DNA from: Mobula hypostoma | Taxonomy: Eukaryota | Assembly: GCF_963921235.1 (NCBI RefSeq) | Contig: NC_086108.1 | Coordinates: forward strand, 67,210,001-67,274,000 | Length of the DNA: 64,000 nt | Direction: 5' to 3' | Shown here: one piece after another, positions 52,852-64,000 of the stretch | How positions within the stretch are numbered: the stretch's first letter is position 1 | Layout: each line of letters starts with the position of its first letter | The notes under the pieces: model-generated | Database searches by the model: none | Seen by the model: the letters and a program-made list of their open reading frames with translations, nothing else | Told to the model about the DNA's origin: nothing | Made by a program: the position numbers and the translations under genes

Positions 52852-53559
52852 GGACAAAAGTTGGTTTCTGTTTTCAGGTGAGCATACAACAGTGGAGAAA
52901 AGTATAATATCAAATTTATAGTCCTGCAAGCTGTAAGCAATCTGTTAATATGATGAAGCTGTTGAAATAGCCAAATGCCCCATTAACCTGTACAAATAGA
53001 GTCCTTCGAGGTTAAAGACACCTTGAAGCAATTTTTAAAAACCAATGGACAGAAATAGCAACTATAAATATTATAGAAAAATGAAACTCATCTATGAAAT
53101 ATTGGTAATGCCTTTGCTGCATTCCATAGGGCAGGTAATAATAGAGATATTGAGTTATACAGCAATTGGTCTGCTAAGGAGAGACCTGTAAAGGACCTAC
53201 ATTTTTACTTGAAAGCAGGTTCTGGCAAATTGCTGCTCACCAGTCTAAGATGAGGGGCAGCTTGAAAGGCACATTTGCTATGGTTGGTAGACAACAGCAG
53301 CCACCTTCCCTTCATCAGCAATCACCTGCTTTCTGATCTTATGATAGAATGAAGATCATTACTGAAGCAGATAAAGATGGTTGTGTCTGGAACACTGACC
53401 CAAAGAACTCCTGAGGTATAGCAGATGATTGATCTGAAATGCCATGGAGTCATGGGAGAGATACAGAATGAAAATAGCTGACTCCATGCTAGTCATCAAA
53501 CACCCATCTCCAACAATCGCATCATATTCTCCCCACAATGTGATCAACTTCCCTCCCAC

Positions 53560-53745
53560 CCCAAATCAATGTATCATCCTGCATATTTTTGGAATATGGA
53601 TGGAAATAGGAGCAGCAATGGAGAAGATCCACATGGTCACAAGAAAAAACATGCAAATCCACACAGATAACAACAATGGTCAGGATTGAACTTGGGCTGC
53701 TGGAGACGTAAGGCAGCAGCCCAGCAAGCTGTACCACTGTACCAC
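53560..53745 (-). mobile_element. tRNA-derived SINE 5' part
   Basis: Minus strand GGTACAGTGGTACAGCTTG (A-box-like) and AAGTTCAATCCTGACC (B-box-like), followed by the V-SINE-like core. Confidence 0.7.
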
Positions 53746-53965
53746 ATTTTCTCTTTCAGTGAAATACAGTATGGCTCCAAATGGTGGAGAAATTTCCCTA
53801 TGGTTCCACTTATTTTTAGCTTTACCATAGAGTTATTTTGCTCAATCACCAAGTTACCCCTGCTGGTGAGATATTATGGCAGCTCTAAAGAGACATGGAG
53901 AACTGTGCATGTAATCTGAAATAACACAGAGTTTACAACAAGAATAAATATTAACAGAGATAATG

Positions 53966-54506
53966 CACTCAGTGGCCGCTTTATTAGGTGCGCTTGTATA
54001 CCTACTCGTTAATGCAAATATCTAATCAGCCAATCATGCAGCAGCAATTCAATGCATAAAAACACACAGACATGGTCAAGAGGTTCAGTTGTTGTTCCGA
54101 CCATACATCAGAATGGGAAAAAAATGTGATCTAAGTGACTTTGACCTTGGGATGATTTTTGGTGCTAGATGGGGTGATTTGAGTATATCAGAAACTGCTG
54201 ATTTTCACAGACAATGGTCTCTAGAGCTTATGGAGAATGGTGTGATAAACAACAAAAAAATCTAGAGAGCATGCAGTTCTGTGGATGAAAATGCCTTGTT
54301 AATGAGAGAGGTCAGAGGCAAATGACCAGACTTGTTTAAAGCGGCAGGAAGGCGACAGTAACTCAAATAACCATGTGTTTCAACAGTGACATGCATAAGA
54401 GCATCTGTGAAAGTACAACACATTGAACCTTGAAATGGGACGGGCTACATTAGTTAAAGAGCACACCAGATTCCACTCCTATAACAAACAAGGTAGCCGC
54501 TGAGTA
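53966..54506 (+). mobile_element. Tc1-family internally deleted DNA transposon
   Basis: TIR CACTCAGTGGCCGCTTTATTAGG ... GTAGCCGCTGAGTA. Encodes decayed MGKKCDLSDFDLGMIFGARWGDLSISETAD and LVNERGQRQMTRLV. Confidence 0.88.
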
Positions 54507-57500
54507 TATTTGACACAGAAAGTGTGTGCCTTCAATAGTATTCATTGTGCTGGGAAATTAAAATATATGTTCCTCTTTGTCAATTGTTTGAGGCCACTGT
54601 CAATTGTCATACTTTGTATTGTCATTTTAATGATGGCAATGGTAAAAACATGCCTTATGCAGGAATATTTAGTGAACTGGCTGTTAATATGTTCAGTACC
54701 TTGCTGTTTAGTTTAAATGGTGCATCATGGAATGTTGGGAATGTGACCATTTCTCTGCAGTTAGTGATACATCCTCCTGTTGCCACAGATATGCTCCAGG
54801 TTTGCATGAACTATTTCCTCCTGAAGCAGAATTTCTGAATAGAAGCCTGGATTGATATATTCTTGGGAATGGATATTGCTGGGACGATTCTCTGATGCTG
54901 CCTGACTAATTTGCCTTTCTTTCCAGCAATCTCACTGTGAAATCCATTTTGCTACTTTTGAATCTCTCATTTTGCGAGTCTCTAATTCTCTTTCAATTTG
55001 ATTAATTGCACATTTCCAGAGTTCATACAACAGGACTAATCTCTTTCAGATATTTGCAGTCAAATGCAAGGCACAGGCAGAAGTGTCCAGTTTGTTTTCT
55101 TCAACTGTTTCCATTTAAGCAGGGCCTTCAGCTTTGCTGAAGCATTCCCAGCATACTGTTATTTCTAACTGCGGCACATGTCCCAAGGACACGTGGAACT
55201 GTAACTTAGATCAGGCAATATCATTCTAAATAACATTCTTCCTTACTTATAGCTGACAGCAAAGGAAGATGCTTCTTGAGAAAAGTCTGGCTCAGGATGA
55301 AATTAACCATAGGAAATTTGTAGGGAGCATCTCAGTTAAATTGTCCCTCCAGAGAGATGCAAATGTGCCCTCACTTCATTTCTTACTCTAGGTATCATTA
55401 TTTTTGAAAGACATTTGCAAAGAGAAAACTCTCAGATTAGGTAAATAGAACACCATCTGAGTACTTTCTCAGGTCAAACATTTATGAACAACAGGGACCA
55501 CATTGTCAGTGTCAGTGAGAAGTAGCAAACTGTGAGTTTAAGATTAAAATGTCATGAGGTCGTAACTCTGCCCTTAGTATGTGTGTATAAAGAAAGCAGA
55601 CGGTTAGCATACAAATTACAAGGAAACGTGAGAAGAGGTTATTAGCGTTTTTCAGTAGAAGTGAGAGTTCACCTCTGACCCTCCATTTAGATATAATGGA
55701 AAACATTTATATTTATATGTGGTAAAATAAATGTGTCAACTCCTGACTTTTCACAGTTTCTTTACTGTCTGCCAAGAACAAAATGCTCAAACTGTTTTTG
55801 TGTCCTTCCCCAATTTCATATCCATCAAGAGTGATCTAAAGGGATTGGTGACAACTGAAAGTTATGTGAGATTGCTATTACAAATACCAACAATGAAATA
55901 AATTACATATTATATATTTAATTCTTCAGAGAAACCTAATCAATAATGTTTGATAGAAACAATTCATTTCTCTCCAACTGGATATTTAGCATTACAGTCT
56001 AGTCAGGATTTCCAGAGGTCAAACAATGTGAATCATTAGTCAGTACTAGTGTGCTCTAAATTGAAATTACGCACACTGTACCCAAGTAGAGTAATGAATC
56101 CTAACCAGAGGCCCAGGAAGCTATTCAGCAGGAAACAATTTAACTTCAAACAACGAGAAGGTTTGCGTCAATTTCAAGCCCAGTGGGATTTCTCCCAGCA
56201 TGCCACTGGCTCACTATGCCCCAGGGCTACCTACAATCCACGTTGTGCATTCTTAGTGCTTGAAAATATAAATTGCCATAAATCTGAGTAAAAAGAATGA
56301 AGAAAAGGGCAAGATTTTCCATAAGATATGTCTGTCACCTCTGTGTAAAGGTATATTTTACTGTAATAACAGTCTGTGGAATCCACCTTTAAGATGAAAT
56401 ATAGGACTTGAAACTAGACATTAATGTTCAAGATTAACTGAAAAATGGGGGTAAGACTTTACTTGTAAATGTGAAACTTACAGATCCTTTTTAAATGAAT
56501 ATGTGTAACAAATATTTTAAAGCTTTTCTAAATATTTTTCTAATGTATTTTGGCACAGTTCCAGGCAGTGTCTCCTGGCAGCTTGTAAGGTTTTTCTTCT
56601 TACCGTTTAAGTAAATCCAGTATCTTGTTTGTACTTTTCAAAAGTTTACAGCTCTGAAATGGACCAAGAATGAAGAGTTTCTCCACTTCTATGATTAGAA
56701 GCACTTGTAGTAGGTCATTCATTTGTCTGTATTTTAATTCCCCTGGCAACAGTTAGAGTTAATTCAGCGACATAAAATAACAGTCGATAAAAGGAGAGCA
56801 GCCACTGGTGATTAATAGCTGAGGATGTAATGCTTGACTGCACATCAAAAATTTAAACAGATTAAGAAATAATTACCATTATGCTTCTGGTGAACCAAAC
56901 CTTTTCAAATAAATAATTTGATGATGTCCTTCTTATTTAGCAGAGCACAAATTCTACAAAAGGAGCTTTATATAGTTGTGAACCTCTCACCTAATACTAA
57001 AGACAAAGTAACCACTTTAACTTTAGAGTTATCAGTTAGATCATGCTTATCATTTCAGTCACTTTCTCTTTTTTCTCACTTCATTATGTTATCTCAACTG
57101 TTTTTCTTCCTGTAACTGAGATTTCCCAATCTCAGTTCAACATTCTTACCATTGTTACCAATGTTTCAGCCATTTAGTTTTCCTGGTTAAAGGTACATAC
57201 TGTTTGACTCACTGATCACAAACACTGCAGAAGACCTGTTACACTCATTGCTCCATTATCAACTTGTGCTTCTAGAAAATTTACAAGCATAGGAGGCTAA
57301 AATCTTACAAAAGTGACTGCGAGTCTAATAGGAGGATGCTGTGAGATGAACCTCTCCTTAAAATCTGGCTCAGCAGCTTTATAATACTGCAGTCCATCAG
57401 TGCTGGACAAAATTGTTAGCTTGGATAATGTGCTGGAATATGGCTTAAAGCCAAAAAATCAATCTATGTTTTTAAAACTGTGTGGAGAGATCATAGGTTC

Positions 57501-57948
57501 ACTGTAGCAGAACCCGAAAGCTCAAGGTGGTGGATGACACTGTTTGCCCTTTGCACACTTTTCTTTTGTAATTTTTTTTATTGAAGTTCATCATCAAACA
57601 AAACTTTACATAAGATGTACTTCAGATACTCTACATATATATCATATAGTCATATTTGTCACAAATCTCCACATAATATTTATCCACTTCATATCTTAGG
57701 AAGGAAAATTCAGCAAGTCAGAGTCTTGGGCTGAGTGCATGTGGTGGAATCTGTGGGGTGGGAGGGAGTGATGGAGGGGTGGAGCTGGTGGCCAGTGGAT
57801 TGATCAGGAATGACAGGTCAGCATGGACTAGATAGGCTGAAGTACCTGCTTCTGTGCTGTAGTGCTCTGCAACTCTATCACTCTATGATCTCCTTGTTGG
57901 GGAATAGTGTTGACTCAATAGTGAGATCTTGGTAGAATATGGAGTTTG

Positions 57949-58460
57949 TGGAATTGGAATTGGTTTATTCTTGTCACGTACTGAGACTGAGTGAAAAGCT
58001 TATTTTACATACGTTTCATACAGATCAGATGCATTGAGGTGGTACAAGGTAAAACAATAACAATACAGAATAAAGTGCAATAGCTACAGAGAAAGTGCAG
58101 TGCAGAATAACATGCAAGATCATAATGAGGTGATTGTGAGGTCAAGAGTCCATCTTATCGTACGAGGGAACCATTTAATAATCTTTTTACAGTGGGGTAG
58201 AATCTGTCCTTGAGTTTCATGCTTTCTGGATTTTGCATCTTCTGCCTGATGTGAGAAGGGAGAAGAAAGAATGCCCCAGATGGGTGTGGTCTTTGATTAT
58301 GCAGGCTGTTTTACTGAGGCAGCGATAAGTAGACAGAGTCCATGGAGAGGGTGGGCTGGTTTCTGTGATGTGCTGAGCTGTGTCCACAACTCTCTGCAGT
58401 TTCTTGCAGCCACATGCAGAGCTCTTGCCATAAAAAAGCATCCAGACAGGATGCTTTTGA
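57949..58460 (-). mobile_element. Rex1/Babar 3' fragment
   Basis: ORF 58217..58441 KKLQRVVDTAQHITET..IIKDHTHLGHSFFSLLTSGRR. Same (GGAATT)n tail as 28598. Confidence 0.88.
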
Positions 58461-58537
58461 GATCAGAGCCCCCGTCCAATGAACAGTATTCACACACATG
58501 ATCCAAAGGTTTGTGAATCAGTTAGCACAGCTGGGGA

Positions 58538-58684
58538 CACAAGAGATTCTGCAGATGCTGGAAATCTGGATCACCACATGAAAAATGCAGGAGTAACCCA
58601 AGGGTCTTGACCCAAAACATCAACTGTTCTTTCTCTCCTAGGTGCTGCCTGATTTGCTGCGTTCCTCCAGTATGTTTTGTATGT
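58538..58684. mobile_element. Penelope-like insert, partially inverted
   Basis: ACAAGAGATTCTGCAGATGCTGGAAATC followed by AAGGGTCTTGACCCAAAACATCAACTG. Imperfect direct repeat GT(T/C)AGCACAGC..GGGA at 58521-58537 and 58685-58701. Confidence 0.7.
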
Positions 58685-58895
58685 GTCAGCACAGCCAGGG
58701 AGCAGCACTGCCAAGGGATGCAAAGTAATTACGAAAAAAATATTAAATGAAACAACTGGGTCAGGTCGCTGAAACCGAGCTGAAAGTGGACAATATGGTG
58801 CCTGTTAAGTTCTCTCGTTGCAGTTCATTCTGCGCTGTGAAAGTATGATTGCTCCAAGAGTGACCACTTACGGGCTCCTATGAATATCATGAACT

Positions 58896-59328
58896 AATCA
58901 GAATCAGAATTAGATTTAATATCATTGACACATGTTGGGAAATTTGTTCTTTAGTGGCTGCATTACAGTTCAAAACCTAACATATACTGTACTATAAATT
59001 ACAATCAGAAATGCATACTAAAAATTAAATTAAATAAGTCGATGGGAGTAGGCAGTTTAAATGGGTTGGCTGACTAGGTGAGCTGAAGGGCTTGTTTCTG
59101 TGCTGTACTTTTCTATGACTCCATGAGAAAATTCTAAATAATGCAAAGAGAGCAAAATATAGGGAGGTAGTTTTCATAGGATGGTTCATTGTCCATTCAG
59201 AGATCTGATGGCAGAGGGGAAGAGTCTGTTCCGAAAGTGTTGAGTGTGTATCTTCAGGTACCTCCTCTCTGATGGTAGTAATAAGAAGAGAGCATGTTCT
59301 GGGTGATAGGGGTCCTTAATAACGGATT
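58896..59328 (-). mobile_element. Rex-type LINE 3' end containing a short plus-strand CR1 tail (59040-59125)
   Basis: (AATCAG)n tail. CTGATGGCAGAGGGGAAGA..CTGTTCC and CTGATGGTAGTAATAAGAAGAGAGCATG remnants. Confidence 0.7.
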
Positions 59329-59394
59329 CCGGAAAACTCTTGGTTGCACCTGGAATGATTTCATCTTATGCTTGACTCATTAAAGATATGCCAG

Positions 59395-59850
59395 TTTATA
59401 CTTTATTGTCGCCAAACAATTGATACTAGAACGTACAATCATCACAGCGATATTTGATTCTGCGCTTCGCACTCCCTGGATTACAAATCAATAGTATATA
59501 TTAAAAATTTAAATTATAGATCATAAATAGAAAATAGAAAATGGAAAGTAAGGTAGTGCAAAAAAAACTGAGAGGCAGGTCCAGATATTTGGAGGGTACG
59601 GCCCAGATCCAGGTCAGGATCCGTTCAGCAGTCTTGTCACAGTTGGAAAGAAGCTGTTCCCAAATCTGGCCGTATGAGTCTTCAAGCTTCTGAGCCTTCT
59701 CCTGGAAGGAAGAGGGACGAACAGTATGTTGGCTGGGTGGGTCGTGTCCTTGATTATCCTGGCAGCACTGCTCCAACAGCGTGCGGTGTAAAGTGAGTCC
59801 AAGGACGGAAGATTGGTTTGTGTGATGTGCTGCGCCGTGTTCACGATCTT
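59395..59850 (-). mobile_element. Young Rex1/Babar 3' fragment, same subfamily as 10802-11991
   Basis: ORF 59614..59844 is nearly identical to the C-terminus of ORF 11167..11868, and the 3' UTR also matches. Confidence 0.95.
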
Positions 59851-61076
59851 ACAAGGGTACTTTGACAGCAGAAGCCCCCAAAGTGACAGAATTCACTTAG
59901 CTGTTATCACAATTGTTATCCTACTTTAGAAATAGCCAGTTAATAGACACAGTTTAAGGAAAATAAACTAGATCAATATTTCAAACATTAAAGGTCTTTT
60001 GTTTAATAGGCACTGTATCAGCACATTGTTAACCAAACACTAGAGGGCCACTGATGTTGCAGTTACACTCCAAGATCTCTATTGCAATATCAATGAATAA
60101 TTTGGAAGTGTTGTTCATTATTTTTTGATCATTTACTTACACATAAAAGAAAGCACATCATTAAGAAGATTTAATATTAAATGTCTTTGCTCAAGTTGTG
60201 GTCCCATGATACTTATTTTTTCAAAAAAAAGTGTCATTTTTAGTTGTAACAAAGAGTACTGAATAGATTTAAGCTGACCTGAAGATGCAGAGAGTTTATT
60301 TTATTTTGCATATAATAAATCTGTGTTGTATTCCAGCCTGAAGCAGATCAAAACATTAAATGCAAACCTGCAACATTTACATTGATTGAATCTGATTGCT
60401 CCTTCCCGATCCATTACCAAAACATACAAATAATTGATCCAACTGATCTAAGTATGTGGGAATCTGATGCCATTCATTGTAGCAAACCATTTAACTAGAG
60501 GAAGCAAAAATGATGATGAAAATCTTTCTTAATTGATAGCAGAGCTACAAAAAAAAAGGTTGGGAACTTTGGTAGGTTCCTTGATTACATCTTAAGCGAT
60601 TGCATTCTCTGCAATTTGACAGAAACATTGATTCAGAGGAAATAGTTGGCAAAAGACAGATTAATGTCTGCTACAGCTCTCAAAATAGCAGTTGTATCCA
60701 GACTCTGCTCGTGAGTTCCATGGTGCAAGTCAATCAGCCCCAGTGTGAACAGACCCACTCAATCATGAAGGAGGTACTGCAACCAATATTTTTTTTTTAA
60801 GTTAAATGTTGTAACTATACAGAAACAGGCTACTGTTAATTGGTGCCCAAAGCTAGTAACTACTGCTGATTGAGGACACGGAGAATCAAAGAAAACTTTG
60901 ACACCACAACATGATGAGGAATAATTGAAAGAAAGGCAACAAAAAAGTTTATTCCCAAATGGAGGCAGAAACAGTCTGATGGATGAACAAGGAAGATGCC
61001 TTCTTGCAAATTGCATAATTTATGACATTGTAGACCCAGCCTGGATAAAATTAAATTGGGTTTCAACTCAATGGCA

Positions 61077-62595
61077 CAGGTGTCCCCCGCTTTTCGATCG
61101 TTCGCTTTACGAAACCTCACTGTTACAAAAGACCTACATTAGTTCCCTGTTTTCACTAACAGAAGGTGTTTTCACTGTTATGAAAAAAGCAGCACGCGAT
61201 AAAAGGCAGTGCACGAAAAAATCAGCGCGCGCCCCGAGCAGCCTCTCTCCCCCAGATTCGGAACTGCATTCTCGCCGGCATTGCTTAAACACGTGCCTGT
61301 GAGCAGCCGTTAGCAAGATGAGTTCTAAGGTATCGGAAAAGCCTGAAAGAGCTTATAAGGGTGTTGCATTTAGTGTAAAACTAGACATAATTAAGCGTTT
61401 CGATTGTGGTGAACAAAGTAAGGACAAAGTGAGTTTGGCTTGTGGAAGTTGACAAAGATGATGTTGAAGAGGTTTTGGCATCCCATGACCAAGAACTGAT
61501 AGATGAAGAGCTGTTGCAATTGGAAGAGGAAAGGATAACAATCAAAACCGAATGCAGTAGCGAACGGACCGAAAGTGAAGTCGTCCAGCAACTGTGTGAG
61601 ATTTTCACTGCAATGATAAAGTACAACTTTAATTTTGAAAGGTACGTCGGTTTAGGGCATATTTTCAAGATGGTTTGAGTGCTTACAAAGAACTGTATGA
61701 TAGAAAAATGCGCGAGGCTAGCAGTCAAGCATACCGTGGTTTTTCAAGCCTTCCACATCAGCCACAGCAAACGACGAACCTCAACCTTCGACATCGAGGC
61801 AGGCAGACATAGAAGATGATGACCTGCCTGCCCTGATCGATGATGAGATGACATCCCCGTGTCCCACCACCCCAGTGGTCCCAACCTCCGGGCCGTGGAC
61901 AGATACTGATTTGCGGAGAATACAGCGGTAGCCGGGAGGCACCCAGCATGTCTTTAAGAAAAAAGCCGAAATAAACAAGCTAATTAATTAGGTGCCGCCC
62001 AGCTGCTAATTAATTAGCTTGCGCTGGGTGCGTCCCGGCAACCGCTGTACCCCTGCGTGCTTCACGGATCAGTATCAGTTCACTGCCTGGAGGGTGGGGG
62101 CCATTACACCACCCCAACCTCCGACGACTCAGCCTAACACACCATCATCGTTATGCTCGATGTCTTCCCGATTCCCGTAAGTGATAATACACTGTACATA
62201 CATTATTTCTACTTTATATAGGCTGTGTATTTTTATGTGTTATTTGGTATGATTTGGCAGCTTCATAGCTTAAAGGTTACTGGAGAGAATGTTTTGCCAA
62301 GAGCACTTGCATGAGATTTTCGCTACGGAGAACAGTGCAGGCAATCGTTGTAGAGAAGTATTTCTAATTTATATAGCCTGTGTATTTATCATATTATTCC
62401 TGCTTTTATTATATGTTACTGTTATTTTAGGTTTTATGTGTTATTTGGCATGATTTGGTAGGTTATTTTTTGGGTCTGCTAACACTCTCAAATTTTCTCA
62501 TATAAATAAATGGTAATTGCTTCTTCGCTTTACGACATTCTGGCTTACGAACCGGTTCATAGGAACGCTCTACCTTTGGATGGCGGGGAAACCTG
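61077..62595 (+). mobile_element. Tigger/pogo-family internally deleted DNA transposon
   Basis: Ends CAGGTGTCCCCCGC ... GCGGGGAAACCTG followed by TA. From 61318 it encodes MSSKVSEKPERAYKGVAFSVKLDIIKRFDCGE (CENP-B-type HTH), joined to an acidic C-terminus EVDKDDVEEVLASHDQELIDEELLQLEE. No catalytic domain is present. Confidence 0.88.
61873..62106. mobile_element. hAT (Charlie-like) MITE nested in the Tigger element
   Basis: Ends CAGTGGTCCCAACC / GGGTGGGGGCCATTA. Exact 8-bp TSD CACCACCC at 61865-61872 and 62107-62114. The whole body is an imperfect palindrome. Confidence 0.8.
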
Positions 62596-63164
62596 TAATT
62601 GTTATGGCATTGAAAGCCTTTATCGGGAAATTTCCAATAAAAAGATGGAAACTTACTCCTGATACAGATTGCAAGTGCTAATGAAATTTTGTATTGAAGT
62701 AAGGACTAAAATCAGAGAAAACAACTTAGAAGTGACTTTATTTCTCAATTAGAATGAGGTCCTGCTCTCAGAGGGGTGACTGAGTGCAAGATGGAATCAC
62801 AGGATTTTCATCAGTTTCTAACCATTGACTAGCCAGGGTCTCTGCAGATGGAATTTCTTGGGAATCTGAAATGTTTTGAATCTTATAGACCAGAGGAGAT
62901 CAACGGATAAGAGGAAAGGATTACTGATGAATTTACCATTATCTTCAGTTGCATCCAGTCCACAACTCACCATGAGTTATGTGGCAAACAAGTCCATCAT
63001 TGTCAGCACTCTTTCCTTATCTTTTCTTTTCTATGGTTATTGCAGAAGTCCCCACCAACCAGCAGCTGCAGTTAACAATTGCAACATACTTTCCACAGTT
63101 AAAGGGAAAGAGTTAGAACGAGGACTGGGTGAGAAAGAAAAAGAGAGTTATCTCAGTCATTACC

Positions 63165-64000
63165 TGTGTTATGTGCCTGACATGGTTGCATGTCAACCTT
63201 CTCACATCAGTCTCCTCAGGAAATGGAGGCACTGCTACGCTTTGATGTCGAGGGACCAGGCGAGATTATCCGTGATGTGCACTCTAAGAACTGGTGCTCC
63301 TGACTCTCCATGGAGGAGCCATTGATGTGCGGTAGAGAGTGGTCAAACCTGCACCATCCTGAAGTCCACCATCATCTCTTTAGTTTTTCTACATTGAGAC
63401 TCATCGTTGTGTTTGCACCAGTCCACACACCACTCTACTTCCCCTCTGTGTGCTGACTCATCATTGTTGCTGATGAGGCCAACCACTGTTGTGTCATCAG
63501 TGAACTTAATCATGTGATTGAGCTGGATCGAGCAGTGCAGTCGTGCATCAGTAGTGTGAGCAGTAACAGGCTGAGCATGCAGCCCAGGAGTGGGGGGACG
63601 GGGGTGCTGGTGCTCAGTGTGATGGAGCTAGAGATGGTGCTGACAACATGGACTGTCTGAGGCCTCTCCGTGAAAAAGTCCAGCATCCACTTACAGAGGG
63701 AGGTGTTGAGGCGCAGCAAGGACAGTTCACCCACCAGCTTCTGAGGAATGATCGTATTGAATGCCGAAATGAAACTGATGAACAGCATTCTGACGTAGGA
63801 GACCATTCTCCAGGTTGGACAGGGCGGAGTAGAGGGCAGAGGCTATTGCATCATTGCTGGACCAATTTGGGCAATATGCAAAGTGGAGGGGTCCAATGTA
63901 GTGGCAAAGCAGGATTAAATACAGTTCATGACCAGCAGCCAAAGGCATTTCATTTTTGTTGAGGTTGAGGTAGTTTTTAAAGCAGGTTACTGTTGGCCTC
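63165..64000 (-). mobile_element. Rex1/Babar LINE RT fragment running off the window
   Basis: ORF 63510..63806 [26 protein letters not shown] 63727..63948 [20 protein letters not shown]. Confidence 0.88.

Noticed and set aside
53560..53745. tRNA gene suggested by A/B-box-like motifs
   Set aside because: The boxes belong to a SINE head; no cloverleaf can be formed.
60036..60053. CTCF-like motif AACACTAGAGGGCCACTG
   Set aside because: Partial match only; expected by chance in 64 kb.

Overview
Repeat-dominated, non-coding eukaryotic DNA. The repeat families suggest a cartilaginous fish, probably a ray; this is an inference, not a database result. I can support no host protein-coding exon, RNA gene or CRISPR array. 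Almost all recognisable ORFs are pieces of transposable elements: many truncated CR1 and Rex1/Babar LINEs, older L2/CR1-clade and RTE LINE fossils, tRNA-derived SINEs, three Tc1 deletion derivatives, a Tigger/pogo derivative carrying a nested hAT-type MITE, a sushi-like Gypsy gag split by a young Rex1, and probable retroviral gag and piggyBac fossils. The most notable signal is a dispersed family of short (about 100-250 bp) Penelope-like inserts. They carry minimal hammerhead-ribozyme motifs (CAGTC-CTGANGA-stem II-GAAA-C-GTC-GACTG), mostly as inverted fold-back pairs with 11-17 bp target-site duplications. All coordinates and translations were read by eye, so boundaries of old elements are approximate.
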